DNA of 61,919 nucleotides from Gemmatimonadota bacterium. Its GTDB lineage: Bacteria; Gemmatimonadota; Gemmatimonadetes; Gemmatimonadales; GWC2-71-9. This document shows positions 29,106 through 38,854 of this stretch, in pieces. The number at the start of each line of letters is the position of its first letter. The first letter of the stretch is position 1. The position numbers were made by a program, and so were the translations under genes. The notes under the pieces are model-generated. The model had not been told where the DNA came from, did not search any database, and saw nothing but the letters and a program-made list of their open reading frames with translations. The stretch is taken from positions 1 through 61,919 of the forward strand of contig QHTZ01000070.1 in NCBI GenBank assembly GCA_003221005.1. Direction: 5' to 3'.

Positions 29106-29228
29106 TTCTCCGCCTTCGCCCAACTCGCAACAAAACTGTAGCGTGGTTGCCAGCACCTGTTGCCGGTCGCTTGCCCCACCGTGTGGCGGGACATAGTGTA
29201 GGCGGGTCCCCAACGGAACTCGGCGTCT

Positions 29229-32183
29229 GTGCCCGCGCATCTTGAGGGCCTCAGGATCGCCCTCGCCGACCGGTACATGGTTGAGCGCGAACTCGGCCAT
29301 GGCGGAAATGCGGTCGTCTATCTCGCCCGAGATCTCAGACACCCCCGGCAGGTCGCCATCAAGGTGCTCTCACCGGAGCTAGCGCAGTCGGTCCAGACGG
29401 AACGGTTTCTCCGGGAAATCGAGATCGCGGCGGGGCTCACCCACCCAAACATCCTCCCGCTCTACGACTCGGGCGAGGCGGATGGCTTCCTCTACTACGT
29501 CATGCCCTATGTTGAAGGTGCGTCGCTGCGCATTCGTCTGATCCGCGAACGGCAACTCTCGCTCGACGAGGCGCTGCAGCTTGCCGGCGAGGTAGCAGAC
29601 GCGCTCAGCTACGCCCACAGCCATGACGTGATCCACCGCGACATCAAGCCGGAGAACATCCTCCTGAGCAGCGGTCATGCGTTGGTTGCCGACTTTGGGA
29701 TCGCGCGAGCGATTACCGCAGCCGGCGGCGATCGGTTGACCCAGACCGGGCTCATCGTCGGTACCCCTGGGTACATGAGCCCGGAGCAGGCGGCGGGCAG
29801 TGAGCAGCTGGATGGCCGGAGCGACATCTATAGCCTCGCTTGCGTGCTGTACGAGATGCTGGGCGGTGAGCCGCCGTATACCGGTCCGACACCGCAGGCC
29901 ATCCTCGCGCGGCAGCTCGTCGGCGAGATCCGCTCGCTCGTTCCGCTGCGCTCTAGCGTGACACCGCGGTTCGATCGAGTGATCCGCCGCGCGCTTGCCC
30001 CCGCGCCTGCCGACCGGTACCCGACCGCGCAGGCGTTCGCCGCGGCGGTCGCGGACGCCCAGCGCCCTGCGCAATGGGGTCTTCGGGTCCCGCGCCGTGG
30101 GGCGCTAGCGGGTGCAGTCGCGGTGGGCTTCGTGCTCGCGGGCCTCTGGCTCGGGATGCGATCCCTGGGCGGCGGCGTTCGGGACCCCCGGCTTGGGCTC
30201 GCGGTTTTTCCGTTCCGGGCGTCGAGCCCTGGTGCGCGAGACTGGTCCGAAGCGCTGCCCGACCTGCTGGCAACCGCCCTCGAGGGGACCCCGGGCGTCC
30301 GCGTGGCCGACCCGTGGTCGCTGTGGCGTCCCCTGCGGCCGTCGCGCGGAGCGGTCGCGGAGAGTCCCGACCGGGTCGATGCCGAGCGCCTGGCAGCGCG
30401 AGCCGGTGCGGGGCGCTTCGTGCTCGGGTCGGTCACGCAGGTGGGCGGCCGGCTTGAGCTGAACGTCCGCGTCTACCGCGCTGGCTTAGTGGAATCGCTG
30501 CACCCGTTCGCCGCCACGGCGCCGGCGGAGAGCCTCGCAACACTGGTCCAGCGAGTAGCGGTGGAGATCGTAACCCGCGTGTGGGAGCGTGAGCGGATTC
30601 CCGGCGTCCCGCGCATCGAAAGCTATGCGACCCGCTCGGTGGACGCCCTCAAGGCGTATCTCCAGGCTAAACAAGCGATGCGCCGCGGGCTCGTGGACTC
30701 GGCGGAAGCGGCGATCGATCGCGCCCTCGCGCTCGATTCGACGTTCTCGCTCGCCCTTGTTGAGGCGACGCGCATCAAGTCATGGGCGCAGCACATACGA
30801 GGGCAGCCGTACGCCGGGCTCTTGGAGCTCGCCCAGCGCGCCGTCCGCTACAGCGACTCGCTCGACGAGCGCAATCGACTACGGGCCCGAGCGATGCTTG
30901 CGTCCGTTCGCACCGATGGGGTCGCGACTGCGGAGGCTCTCGGGCGCATCCTGCAGCGCGACAGCACTGATCTCGAGGCATGGGAGCTCCTCGCCTACTG
31001 CGACCTCGTCTATGGCTGGCAGTATGGTGAAGGAGCGCCGGAGGCCGAGGTCGCGAACGAGCATGTCCTGGTCCTCGATTCGACCGATGCGCCGGCGCTC
31101 GCGCGTGCCGCCCATCTCGCCGCGTCCAGCGAGGACGCCGGCCGCGTGCGCCGAGAAATCGAGCGGTTGAGCCGTGCCGACACCACGAACAGCCTCGTGC
31201 GCGGGGGGCTGTGGAGTTTACGCGCGCTGGCCGCGAGCGACGCGGACTTTCCCACGTTTGCTGACAAGGTCTCCGGGACACCTCCCGCGGAGTGGATACA
31301 GGTGCTGCGCGAGCTGCGTGCCCATCGGCCCGACCGCGCGGAGCTGCTGCTCGACCGGGTGCGCCGGGCGGCAGGCCCTGGGTTCCCGACCCGGGTGGCG
31401 ATCGGCGCCTCTGCGCAGGTTGCCGTCGCCGAGGGGCGGCTGCGGCAGGTGGACTCGGCCCTGCGAGCGGGGGCATACCGGGAGAACCCCGGATTCGAGC
31501 GGCGGCTGGACTGGTTCCTCCTCGCGTCTGCGATTGCGGGAATCTCGGACAGCGACGTGACTCGGCGGGCTGTCGCGTCGCTAACGGACTACGTGCGCCC
31601 CGAGTCCGCGCTCGCGCACCTCGAGAGTCGTCCGGTCGTCTTCATGGGCTGGGCGGTCGCAGCGTACCACGCCATGTTCGGGGACACCAGCCTCGCGCGC
31701 CGATGGTACCAGGCGTTCGCCACGTTGCCCGCGGGGAGCATGCCGTGGGACTACCGCGGTTCGCTGCGCGGCGATATCGCCGCTCGGCTGGCGGTGCGTC
31801 GCGGCGATCCGCGAGGTGCACTACCGTCGGCTCAACGAGCGTACCGACTCTGGGAAGACCACGACCAGAGTCAACTCGAGGGCCAGCCTGAGCCCGCGAT
31901 GCGGTTGCATCTGGCGTTGCTGCTTCGGATGACGGGTCGACCAGACAGCGCCGCGGCGCTGCTGCGTTCGCTCGTGCCGCCGACGACGTGGATGGGGTTC
32001 ATCACGGCACGCGCGTCTCTCGAGCTGGGAGAGATCGCCGCGGATCGGGGGGACCTCGCGGCGGCGATCCACTACTACCGTGGAGCGCTGGCGCTGTGGG
32101 AGCGGGGCGGACCCGAGGTGGCGGAATGGCGCCGGCGGGCCCAGGCGGCGCTGCGGCGCGTCGTACAGGAGCCGGGAGACTGA
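29229..32183 (+). CDS. Hanks-type Ser/Thr kinase with a TM segment and C-terminal helical (TPR-like) region
   Basis: GHGG, VAIK, HRDIKPEN, DFG, GTPGYMSPE, DIYSL; hydrophobic segment after the kinase domain. Confidence 0.9.
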   Translation: MPAHLEGLRIALADRYMVERELGHGGNAVVYLARDLRHPRQVAIKVLSPELAQSVQTERFLREIEIAAGLTHPNILPLYDSGEADGFLYYVMPYVEGASLRIRLIRERQLSLDEALQLAGEVADALSYAHSHDVIHRDIKPENILLSSGHALVADFGIARAITAAGGDRLTQTGLIVGTPGYMSPEQAAGSEQLDGRSDIYSLACVLYEMLGGEPPYTGPTPQAILARQLVGEIRSLVPLRSSVTPRFDRVIRRALAPAPADRYPTAQAFAAAVADAQRPAQWGLRVPRRGALAGAVAVGFVLAGLWLGMRSLGGGVRDPRLGLAVFPFRASSPGARDWSEALPDLLATALEGTPGVRVADPWSLWRPLRPSRGAVAESPDRVDAERLAARAGAGRFVLGSVTQVGGRLELNVRVYRAGLVESLHPFAATAPAESLATLVQRVAVEIVTRVWERERIPGVPRIESYATRSVDALKAYLQAKQAMRRGLVDSAEAAIDRALALDSTFSLALVEATRIKSWAQHIRGQPYAGLLELAQRAVRYSDSLDERNRLRARAMLASVRTDGVATAEALGRILQRDSTDLEAWELLAYCDLVYGWQYGEGAPEAEVANEHVLVLDSTDAPALARAAHLAASSEDAGRVRREIERLSRADTTNSLVRGGLWSLRALAASDADFPTFADKVSGTPPAEWIQVLRELRAHRPDRAELLLDRVRRAAGPGFPTRVAIGASAQVAVAEGRLRQVDSALRAGAYRENPGFERRLDWFLLASAIAGISDSDVTRRAVASLTDYVRPESALAHLESRPVVFMGWAVAAYHAMFGDTSLARRWYQAFATLPAGSMPWDYRGSLRGDIAARLAVRRGDPRGALPSAQRAYRLWEDHDQSQLEGQPEPAMRLHLALLLRMTGRPDSAAALLRSLVPPTTWMGFITARASLELGEIAADRGDLAAAIHYYRGALALWERGGPEVAEWRRRAQAALRRVVQEPGD

Positions 32184-32188
32184 GTCAC

Positions 32189-32668
32189 CTATCGGTCGGG
32201 GCCGTCCGGCCTCCCGCCGGCCTGGTCTCTCGCACTCACGCGGGACACCTTTACGATCGACCACCCGAGGTCGCTGACCATCTGCACGAGCTTCGCGAGC
32301 TGCTGGAAGTCCGCCGGCTTCGTCATGAAGGCATCTGCAGCCCGAGCGGCCAGACGCTCCTGCTCGCTATCGGATGCGGTGAGGACGACGACCGGAAGGT
32401 CCCGCAAGCCCGGATCCTTTCGGATGGACACGAGCACATCTCGCCCGTCCAGCTTTGGGAGATTGAGGTCGAGGAGAACCGGATCTGGGCGCGGGGCTTC
32501 CTGGTACGGGGCTTGGTGTCGCAGGAACGCCAGAGCCTCGACCCCGTCCCGCACGATCCAGATGCGGTTCTGTAATTTTGCGCGCTCGAGGCCCCGCAGC
32601 GTGAGTGCGATGTCCCCTTCGTTGTCCTCCACCAGGAGAATGGCGATGGGACTCGAGCCGCTGGCCAT
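32189..32668 (-). CDS. Single-domain response regulator
   Basis: LLVEDN, LLDLNLP (phospho-Asp), LTAS, TKP. Confidence 0.85.
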   Translation of the reverse strand: MASGSSPIAILLVEDNEGDIALTLRGLERAKLQNRIWIVRDGVEALAFLRHQAPYQEAPRPDPVLLDLNLPKLDGRDVLVSIRKDPGLRDLPVVVLTASDSEQERLAARAADAFMTKPADFQQLAKLVQMVSDLGWSIVKVSRVSARDQAGGRPDGPDR

Positions 32669-32746
32669 GTCACCGATATTAGAGCGTCCGAATCGGAGTC
32701 TCAAGATCCAGGGGAGCGGCGATTCTGAATGCCGAGCTGGGGGTTC

Positions 32747-35206
32747 TCAGACCGGGCTTGACACCCGGCGATCGTCGCGTCGGAGGTCGAGCACCTCGCG
32801 CACCTTCCGAGTCAATACGTCGGGCCCAAAGGGCTTTTGCAGGAAGGCGACACCCGGCTTCAGCAGTCCTTGGTGCACGATCGACGCGTCGGGATAGCCG
32901 GACACGTAGAGCACCTTCATCTCGGGGCGGGTAGGCGCGAGCAGCAGCGCGACTTCGTGGCCATGCATGCCAGGCATGACGACGTCCGTGACCAGCAGGT
33001 GGATCGATCCCGTGTGGCGCTCCGCTAATCGCAGTGCTTCATGGCCGCTCGCCGCGGCGAGCACCACATAGCCGGCGGACTCGAGCATCCGCTGGGTGAG
33101 CCGGCGCACGTCGTCTTGGTCTTCGACGAGCAGAATGACTTCCGACCCGCGGAGTGGTGCCATCGCGACGTCCTGCACAGCGACCGTCTCCGGCGCGCGG
33201 CCGACCCGGGGTAGATAGATCTTGAACGTCGTCCCGTGGTCCGGTTCGCTGTACGCCCAGATGTAGCCACTACTCTGTTTGACGATCCCGTAGACCGTGG
33301 CGAGGCCAAGGCCGGTGCCCTCGCTCGGCGGTTTGGTCGTGAAGAACGGCTCGAACAGACGCGCCTGAGTCGCCGCGTCCATTCCAACGCCGGTGTCGCT
33401 CACCGCCAGCAAGACGTATGGCCCCGGCCGCGCCGGAACGTGGCGGTCGGCGTAGCCTCCGTCCAGTTCGACGTCGGTGGTTTCGATGGTGACCACGCCG
33501 CCCCGCGGCATCGCGTCGCGTGCGTTCACCACCAAGTTCAGGATAACCTGTTCCAGCTGGCTGGGGTCGGCGCGCACTGCCCCCAAGGCGGGCGCCAGCG
33601 CGGTGCGGAGCTCGATGTCTTCCCCGATGAGCCGCCGGAGCAGCTGCTCCGCCTCAATGACGAGTGCGTTCACGTCGACCACGCGCGGCTCGAATACCTG
33701 CTGTCGGCTAAAGACTAGTAGCTGACGGGTAAGCCCCGCAGCGCGCTGCGCGGCCCTGCGAATCTCGTCCACATCATCGTGCACGTGCGAGCCCGGGACG
33801 AGGTCCGTGAGCAGCAGCTCGCTCGTGCTGAGGATTGCCGTCAGGATGTTGTTGAAGTCGTGCGCGATCCCTCCCGCCAGCCGCCCGATCGCCTCGAGCT
33901 TCTGCGACTGCCGGTACTGGACCTCGAGCTGCCGCATTTCGGTCAGGTCGGCCGCTATCGACAGCATGCCGGCAACCTGTCGCCCAGCGCCGTATAGCGG
34001 CGCGACCGACAAGCTGATGCTGACCGGGAAACCGTCTCTCCGCCGGTGGGTGACCTCAGCCCCTTTCACCGCCTCGCCGCGGAGTACGCGCGCGCGCACC
34101 GTGTGATCCTCGGCGTCTCCGTCCTGCGGCAGCGTCGGGAGCGGGCCACCCACGACCTCGGCCGCCCGCCAGCCATACAGGGCTTCCGCCGCCGGATTCC
34201 AGGTGAGGACATTGCCAGCCCGATCGAGCGCGTAAATCGCGAGCGGCGAGCTCTGAATGACCGCCTGGAGTTGCTCGTGGGCGTCCCGCAGGGCCGTCTC
34301 CGAGCGCCTGCCCTGCGCCGCGACGGCGCCGAGGGTCAGCCCCGTCACCGCAAGCACGCCGATGTACAACAAGAGCACTACGGCGGTACTCGGCAGCGTC
34401 TGCATCGCGAACGGTCCCCCGCCACGCGCCGCGTGGCCGACGGCGAGCAGCGCCACGACGAGCGTGGTCAGTGACGCCCCCCGGGGCCCGATCCGGAGCG
34501 CAGCCCCGATCACCAGAGGGAACAACAGATAGGGGTACTCCGTGTGGGGCAGGAATGACGCGGGGAACAGTCGTCCGAGGACGAGTTCCGCAATGAGAAT
34601 AGCGCCGCCCGCGAACAGAACCAGCTCTCCGGTGGGGCGGCGAGCAACGAACCCGTCCGAGGGCGTCGCCCACGAGAGCACCAGGGGCGCAACCACCAGG
34701 GCACCGAGGTAATCACCGCCCCACCACAGCCCCACGGCGGACCCAAAATCGCTGTGAGGCGGCAACGCACGGGTCAGCCACAGCGTGGTGACACCGATGC
34801 CGGCGCTCGCCAGCGCACTCAGCGGTCCTGCGATGAGAACGAGGGTCCGCACGGCGACAGGCTGATCGAGGGCAACGCGGTGCTGGCCCGCCACTCGACG
34901 CATCAGGTACGCACCCAAAACGGCTTCCGCCGTGTTCCCGGCCGCAATGCCTGTCGCTGCGATCAGTGGAACAGCAGTCGTGGCGTTGGCGAGAAACGCC
35001 CCGCAGAAGATCGCGGGCCAGTACTGCGAGCCGAGCAGTAGGAGTGACGCCAGCGCGAGACCGGTCGGCGGCCAAACCGGGGAGATGGACTCACCGATCA
35101 CCGCATACTGCAGGCCGACTCGCGCCACTACGAAATACGCCGCCGCGAGCAGTGCTGCCTTGGTCACCCAAGGCAACGCCGGAAGCCGCACCGATTTGAG
35201 GTTCAT
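32747..35206 (-). CDS. Hybrid histidine kinase (MASE1-PAS-HisKA-HATPase-REC)
   Basis: SPVWPPTG MASE1 membrane region, WNPAAE PAS, AHDFNN H-box, NARDA, DTGVGM, FFTTK, GTGLGL, TDVVMP REC. Confidence 0.92.
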   Translation of the reverse strand: MNLKSVRLPALPWVTKAALLAAAYFVVARVGLQYAVIGESISPVWPPTGLALASLLLLGSQYWPAIFCGAFLANATTAVPLIAATGIAAGNTAEAVLGAYLMRRVAGQHRVALDQPVAVRTLVLIAGPLSALASAGIGVTTLWLTRALPPHSDFGSAVGLWWGGDYLGALVVAPLVLSWATPSDGFVARRPTGELVLFAGGAILIAELVLGRLFPASFLPHTEYPYLLFPLVIGAALRIGPRGASLTTLVVALLAVGHAARGGGPFAMQTLPSTAVVLLLYIGVLAVTGLTLGAVAAQGRRSETALRDAHEQLQAVIQSSPLAIYALDRAGNVLTWNPAAEALYGWRAAEVVGGPLPTLPQDGDAEDHTVRARVLRGEAVKGAEVTHRRRDGFPVSISLSVAPLYGAGRQVAGMLSIAADLTEMRQLEVQYRQSQKLEAIGRLAGGIAHDFNNILTAILSTSELLLTDLVPGSHVHDDVDEIRRAAQRAAGLTRQLLVFSRQQVFEPRVVDVNALVIEAEQLLRRLIGEDIELRTALAPALGAVRADPSQLEQVILNLVVNARDAMPRGGVVTIETTDVELDGGYADRHVPARPGPYVLLAVSDTGVGMDAATQARLFEPFFTTKPPSEGTGLGLATVYGIVKQSSGYIWAYSEPDHGTTFKIYLPRVGRAPETVAVQDVAMAPLRGSEVILLVEDQDDVRRLTQRMLESAGYVVLAAASGHEALRLAERHTGSIHLLVTDVVMPGMHGHEVALLLAPTRPEMKVLYVSGYPDASIVHQGLLKPGVAFLQKPFGPDVLTRKVREVLDLRRDDRRVSSPV

Positions 35207-35314
35207 GAACGCCGCAATCTCTACCACGGCGTTCCGGTGTGCCAACAGATACGGCGCCGCACCGAGTCATCGTGCGCCGAGCGAGCCGGGCGGAGTCTTA
35301 CCCCGCTCGCCCCG

Positions 35315-36181
35315 TTACGCCTTCTCGGAGGTGCGAAAATGGAGGGGGTCCCTGAGGTTCTGCAACTCCCTATAGTAATAGAGGGCCGTGGGCCGCTTGC
35401 CGTTGAACCGCAGCCGCTTGAGAAACGCCAGCTCCTCTTCGGTTGCCGTGCCGCTGAGAGAAGCATCCTGCAGAAACTGTTTGAGCCCGGACCCTGCGAC
35501 ACCGGGCTGCTCGGGCCCCCGCTCGACGAACTCGAACCGCTTCACGAGTCCGGACGCCACGCGTTGGCTCAAGACGATGTCCAGCCCGAACGTCGCGAGG
35601 TCCATGTCCCAGAACTCAATCAGGGGGTTCAAGAACGAGACGCAGTTCTCCGCGGAGATGTGGAAGATATCGGTGTCGAGGAACTCGAGCACTACGACGC
35701 GCATCTCCTCGTAGCTCCGTCCGCCGAGCTGCGCCACCATGCGGAGCCAGTACTTGTTGTCCAATTCTTGACCCGCGACCTCCTTTGCCACGTCCAGCAA
35801 TTTCTGGGTGACGAGACGTTCGAGCTCGCCAAAGGGCTGGGTCTCGAAGATCGCGCGGATGTGTTTTGCCTTGTCGGGTTTGCATTTGCGCAAGACCAAC
35901 TCGCGGACTTCCCGAAACAGCGGCGTGGCTGGGTCGCCCAGTTCTCGCTTCAGCTCCTCTTTGCGCTGCAGATCCGCCAGCTTCGCCAGCTCCCCGCGCG
36001 GCAACCGCAGGAACTTGTCCATCCTACCGTAAATGTCCGTGCGGTTTGGTGCGGGGGGCGCCTTCCGTCGCGTCAGCAGCTGCGAGATGTAGGAATCCGT
36101 CACCTGGGCGGCGCGGGCGAGGTCGCGCTGCTCCAACCCGAGCTCCTCCAACCGCTGCCGGATCACCAACGGAACGTCCAC
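35315..36181 (-). CDS. XRE-family HTH transcriptional regulator with a long uncharacterised C-terminal domain
   Basis: LEQRDLARAAQVTDSYISQL HTH; GGAGGAG RBS before GTG. Confidence 0.8.
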   Translation of the reverse strand: MDVPLVIRQRLEELGLEQRDLARAAQVTDSYISQLLTRRKAPPAPNRTDIYGRMDKFLRLPRGELAKLADLQRKEELKRELGDPATPLFREVRELVLRKCKPDKAKHIRAIFETQPFGELERLVTQKLLDVAKEVAGQELDNKYWLRMVAQLGGRSYEEMRVVVLEFLDTDIFHISAENCVSFLNPLIEFWDMDLATFGLDIVLSQRVASGLVKRFEFVERGPEQPGVAGSGLKQFLQDASLSGTATEEELAFLKRLRFNGKRPTALYYYRELQNLRDPLHFRTSEKA

Positions 36182-36199
36182 GAGACTCCTCCTGCGGTG

Positions 36200-36292
36200 C
36201 TTGACGAGATTTCGATCAACTCAATATGTGTACTTGACAGGTATAGTACAACCAACATACGTTCCTGTCAGTTGACCACCAATGGTTAACTG
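36200..36292. promoter_or_regulatory. AT-rich divergent promoter region with dyads
   Basis: TTGACA(36234)-18bp-TACGTT; TGACAGG...CCTGTCA and CAGTTGACCA-ccaa-TGGTTAACTG inverted repeats. Confidence 0.5.
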
Positions 36293-36388
36293 CAGCGCAG
36301 TGTGTCGAGCGGGTCGGTTCGAAGGAGGGGCGGCATAGGTCCGCCCTCCTTGCGGTTGACGAGTAGCGACTTTCACGCAGGGGAAGCG

Positions 36389-36607
36389 ATGGCCAAGGAA
36401 GCAGCGATCGAGATCGACGGGACCGTGGAGCAGGTGCTGCCCAACACGATGTTCCGCGTCCTCCTCACCAATGGTCACCATGTGCTCGCCACCATCGCGG
36501 GCAAGATGCGGCGCTTCCGGATCCGGGTGCTCGCCGGCGACCGGGTGACCCTCGCGGTGTCCCCCTACGACCTCACGCGCGGACGCATCACCTTCCGCCA
36601 CAAGTGA
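36389..36607 (+). CDS. infA: Translation initiation factor IF-1 (stand-alone copy)
   Basis: [27 protein letters not shown]...GDRV...[13 protein letters not shown], 72 aa. Confidence 0.95.
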   Translation: MAKEAAIEIDGTVEQVLPNTMFRVLLTNGHHVLATIAGKMRRFRIRVLAGDRVTLAVSPYDLTRGRITFRHK

Positions 36608-36608
36608 A

Positions 36609-37544
36609 TCACACGAGGCTCCGCAGCACGAACCAGACGTTCGCCGGCCGCTCGGCGAGACGCCGCATGTACCAGGCAAACCACGCGCTGCCGTAGCTGA
36701 TCAGAACCCGGACCACCACGCCCGCGGCGGCAAGCGCGCGCTGCTCGGCTGGCCTGATCCCATAGAGCATGTGGACCTCGTACGCTCCCCGGGGAAGGCC
36801 CCGCACCCGGGCGCGCGCGGCGATCTGCGCGATGAGGTTGCCGTCGTGTGTTCCGAAGACCGGGCTCGCCTCCCAGCGCGTCGCCCGCTCGAGCAGCTCC
36901 GCGGCGAGCGCCCCAAAGCTCGCGTCCACGTCGCGCTTCCTCGGGTACGCGACGGCGGGCGGCTCGTTGTACGCGCCTTTCACCAGGCGAATGGCGGGGC
37001 GCAGCGGCCACAGACTCTCGAGGTCGGCGGGGGTGCGGCGGAGATATGCCTGGAGGCACACGCCGACGTTGTCGTGCGCCGCGCACGCGCGGCGAAACAG
37101 CTCGAGCGTGATGTCCACGTAGCGCGACTCCTCCATGTCGATCCACACGAAGGAGCCGGTCTCGCCGGCGCGGCGCGCGAGGTCGTGCAGGTACCGCGCA
37201 CAAGCCTCGCGGTCCACGTCGAGGCCGAGGTGTGTGAGCTTGACGGAGAGCTGTGCTGGGAGGGGAAGCCCGCGCTCGCGCATCCGGTCGAGCGCGGCGC
37301 GATAGCGGTCGCGCACGGCGGCGGCTTCTGCGGGGCTCGTCACCTGCTCACCCAGCTCAGTGAGCAGCGCCCCGATGCCGGACTTGGCGAGCTCAGCTGC
37401 TGCGTCGAGCGCCGCCGTCGGGTCTTCTCCCGGGAGGAACCGCCGCACCGCGCGGCGCAGAAACGCCCGGTGCCGGAGCTGGCTCGCGAGCCAGGCGCTG
37501 CGCGACGCGCGGAGCAGCAGGCGGCGGGCGACAGCCGTGCTTAC
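36609..37544 (-). CDS. Monofunctional proline dehydrogenase; start codon unclear (GTA at the expected position)
   Basis: RRFLPGE, SVKLTHLGL, IDMEES, QAYLRRT, RLVKGAY, GTHD, MLYGIR, YMRRLAERPAN. Confidence 0.85.
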   Translation of the reverse strand, partial: VSTAVARRLLLRASRSAWLASQLRHRAFLRRAVRRFLPGEDPTAALDAAAELAKSGIGALLTELGEQVTSPAEAAAVRDRYRAALDRMRERGLPLPAQLSVKLTHLGLDVDREACARYLHDLARRAGETGSFVWIDMEESRYVDITLELFRRACAAHDNVGVCLQAYLRRTPADLESLWPLRPAIRLVKGAYNEPPAVAYPRKRDVDASFGALAAELLERATRWEASPVFGTHDGNLIAQIAARARVRGLPRGAYEVHMLYGIRPAEQRALAAAGVVVRVLISYGSAWFAWYMRRLAERPANVWFVLRSLV

Positions 37545-37966
37545 ACCGCCGCTTGCAGCTCTACGCCGACCCGCCGGTCCACCCCGCCGCGGCGCTCGAT
37601 CGCGCTCGTTCCCACGAGGACCGCCGAGCGGCGCCGTTCGGGGAGTTGCCGGCGCTCGGCCACGGGCCGTCCGTTCGCCGTGGCCTGCGCCACGACTTTG
37701 CCCCCGATCACCTCGGGTGGCAGGGGCCGGAACGAGCCCCATTCCTCTCGGAACCATTCGCCCGCGAGTGCGGCGGCGGCGCTCGCCCCTTCAGCCGTCT
37801 CGAACAACCCCAGCGCCGCAAGCACACTCTCCTCCGCGGCAATCAGATAGCAGGCGGCGAACCCAGGAATGGCGCGAACCAGCGGTAGGAACCACTTCTC
37901 GGCGTAGCGCGCCGCCTGCTCCATGGTCCCGAGTCGCACTCGGTACCTGCGGATCACTGCGTGCAT
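37541..37966 (-). CDS. Dimeric alpha/beta-barrel (ABM-like) protein with C-terminal ERRxxx(D/E)RR motifs
   Basis: MHAVIRRY...P....IPGF..Y pattern; tail ERRQLPERR...ERRGGVDRR. Confidence 0.6.
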   Translation of the reverse strand: MHAVIRRYRVRLGTMEQAARYAEKWFLPLVRAIPGFAACYLIAAEESVLAALGLFETAEGASAAAALAGEWFREEWGSFRPLPPEVIGGKVVAQATANGRPVAERRQLPERRRSAVLVGTSAIERRGGVDRRVGVELQAAV

Positions 37967-38148
37967 GAGCCCCCCAGTCGTTGACCTCATCAGTCGCAGC
38001 TTCCATACCCGGAAGCGGCCAGAAATCGCCCGCGCCTGCGTCTTAGAGCGGCGCGCGGACTGTGGCAACCACGCAACGTGTCGGTTGGCAAGGGCTCCGG
38101 ACCGACTTCGATATGCTGCACCTCAACGATAACCCCTGCGAGCCCATC

Positions 38149-38781
38149 TCAGCCACCCGCCACGACCGGGTTTCGTAGTACGCCGACCTCCGCGATCTCC
38201 ACCTCGACGACATCACCGGGCACGAGCGGCCCGACGCCGGCAGGCGTGCCCGTCGCGATCAGATCCCCGGGCTCGAGGGTCATCACCTGCGAGATGTAAG
38301 CGACGAGCGTCGGCATCCCGAACACCATGTCGCGCGCCCGGCCGTGCTGGCGTAGCGCGCCGTTCACGCGGCACCGCACCTCGAGCTCCTCGAGGCGGCC
38401 GGGGTCGATCGGCACTACCCGGGGTCCGATCGGGCAGAAGGTGTCGAACCCCTTGGCGCGGGTCCACTGCTCGTCGCTCCGCTGCAAGTCCCGCGCGGTG
38501 ACGTCGTTCACACAGGTGATCCCCGTTATTGCCGCTCGCGCCTCGGCGTCCGTGGCACGGCGTAGGCGCCGTCCGATGACGACGCCAATCTCACCTTCAT
38601 GCTCAACCCGTGCGGACTCGGGGGGTAGCACGATCGCCTCGCCGTCGCCGATCACCGACGACGGCGGCTTCAGGAAGATCAGCGGCTCCTTGGGGACCGC
38701 GCTGCCGAGCTCGGCCGCGTGGAGCGCGTAGTTGCGGCCGACCGCCACGATCTTCCCTGGCGACATGAATCCCGGCTTCAC
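38149..38781 (-). CDS. Fumarylacetoacetate hydrolase family protein
   Basis: VGRNY..H, FLKP, HEGE, NDVTARD, KGFDTF, TGTPAGVG. Confidence 0.92.
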   Translation of the reverse strand: MKPGFMSPGKIVAVGRNYALHAAELGSAVPKEPLIFLKPPSSVIGDGEAIVLPPESARVEHEGEIGVVIGRRLRRATDAEARAAITGITCVNDVTARDLQRSDEQWTRAKGFDTFCPIGPRVVPIDPGRLEELEVRCRVNGALRQHGRARDMVFGMPTLVAYISQVMTLEPGDLIATGTPAGVGPLVPGDVVEVEIAEVGVLRNPVVAGG

Positions 38782-38854
38782 GTGTCACCCCTCCCCTCCG
38801 CAGCCGATTGTGCCCTGGGCTGGTCAGGAGACTCGGGGCGGGTCACATTTCGGC

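Noticed and set aside
29106-38148. Prophage or integrative element
   Set aside because: No integrase, transposase, phage genes, tRNA target or direct repeats; only the short inverted word reported as a finding
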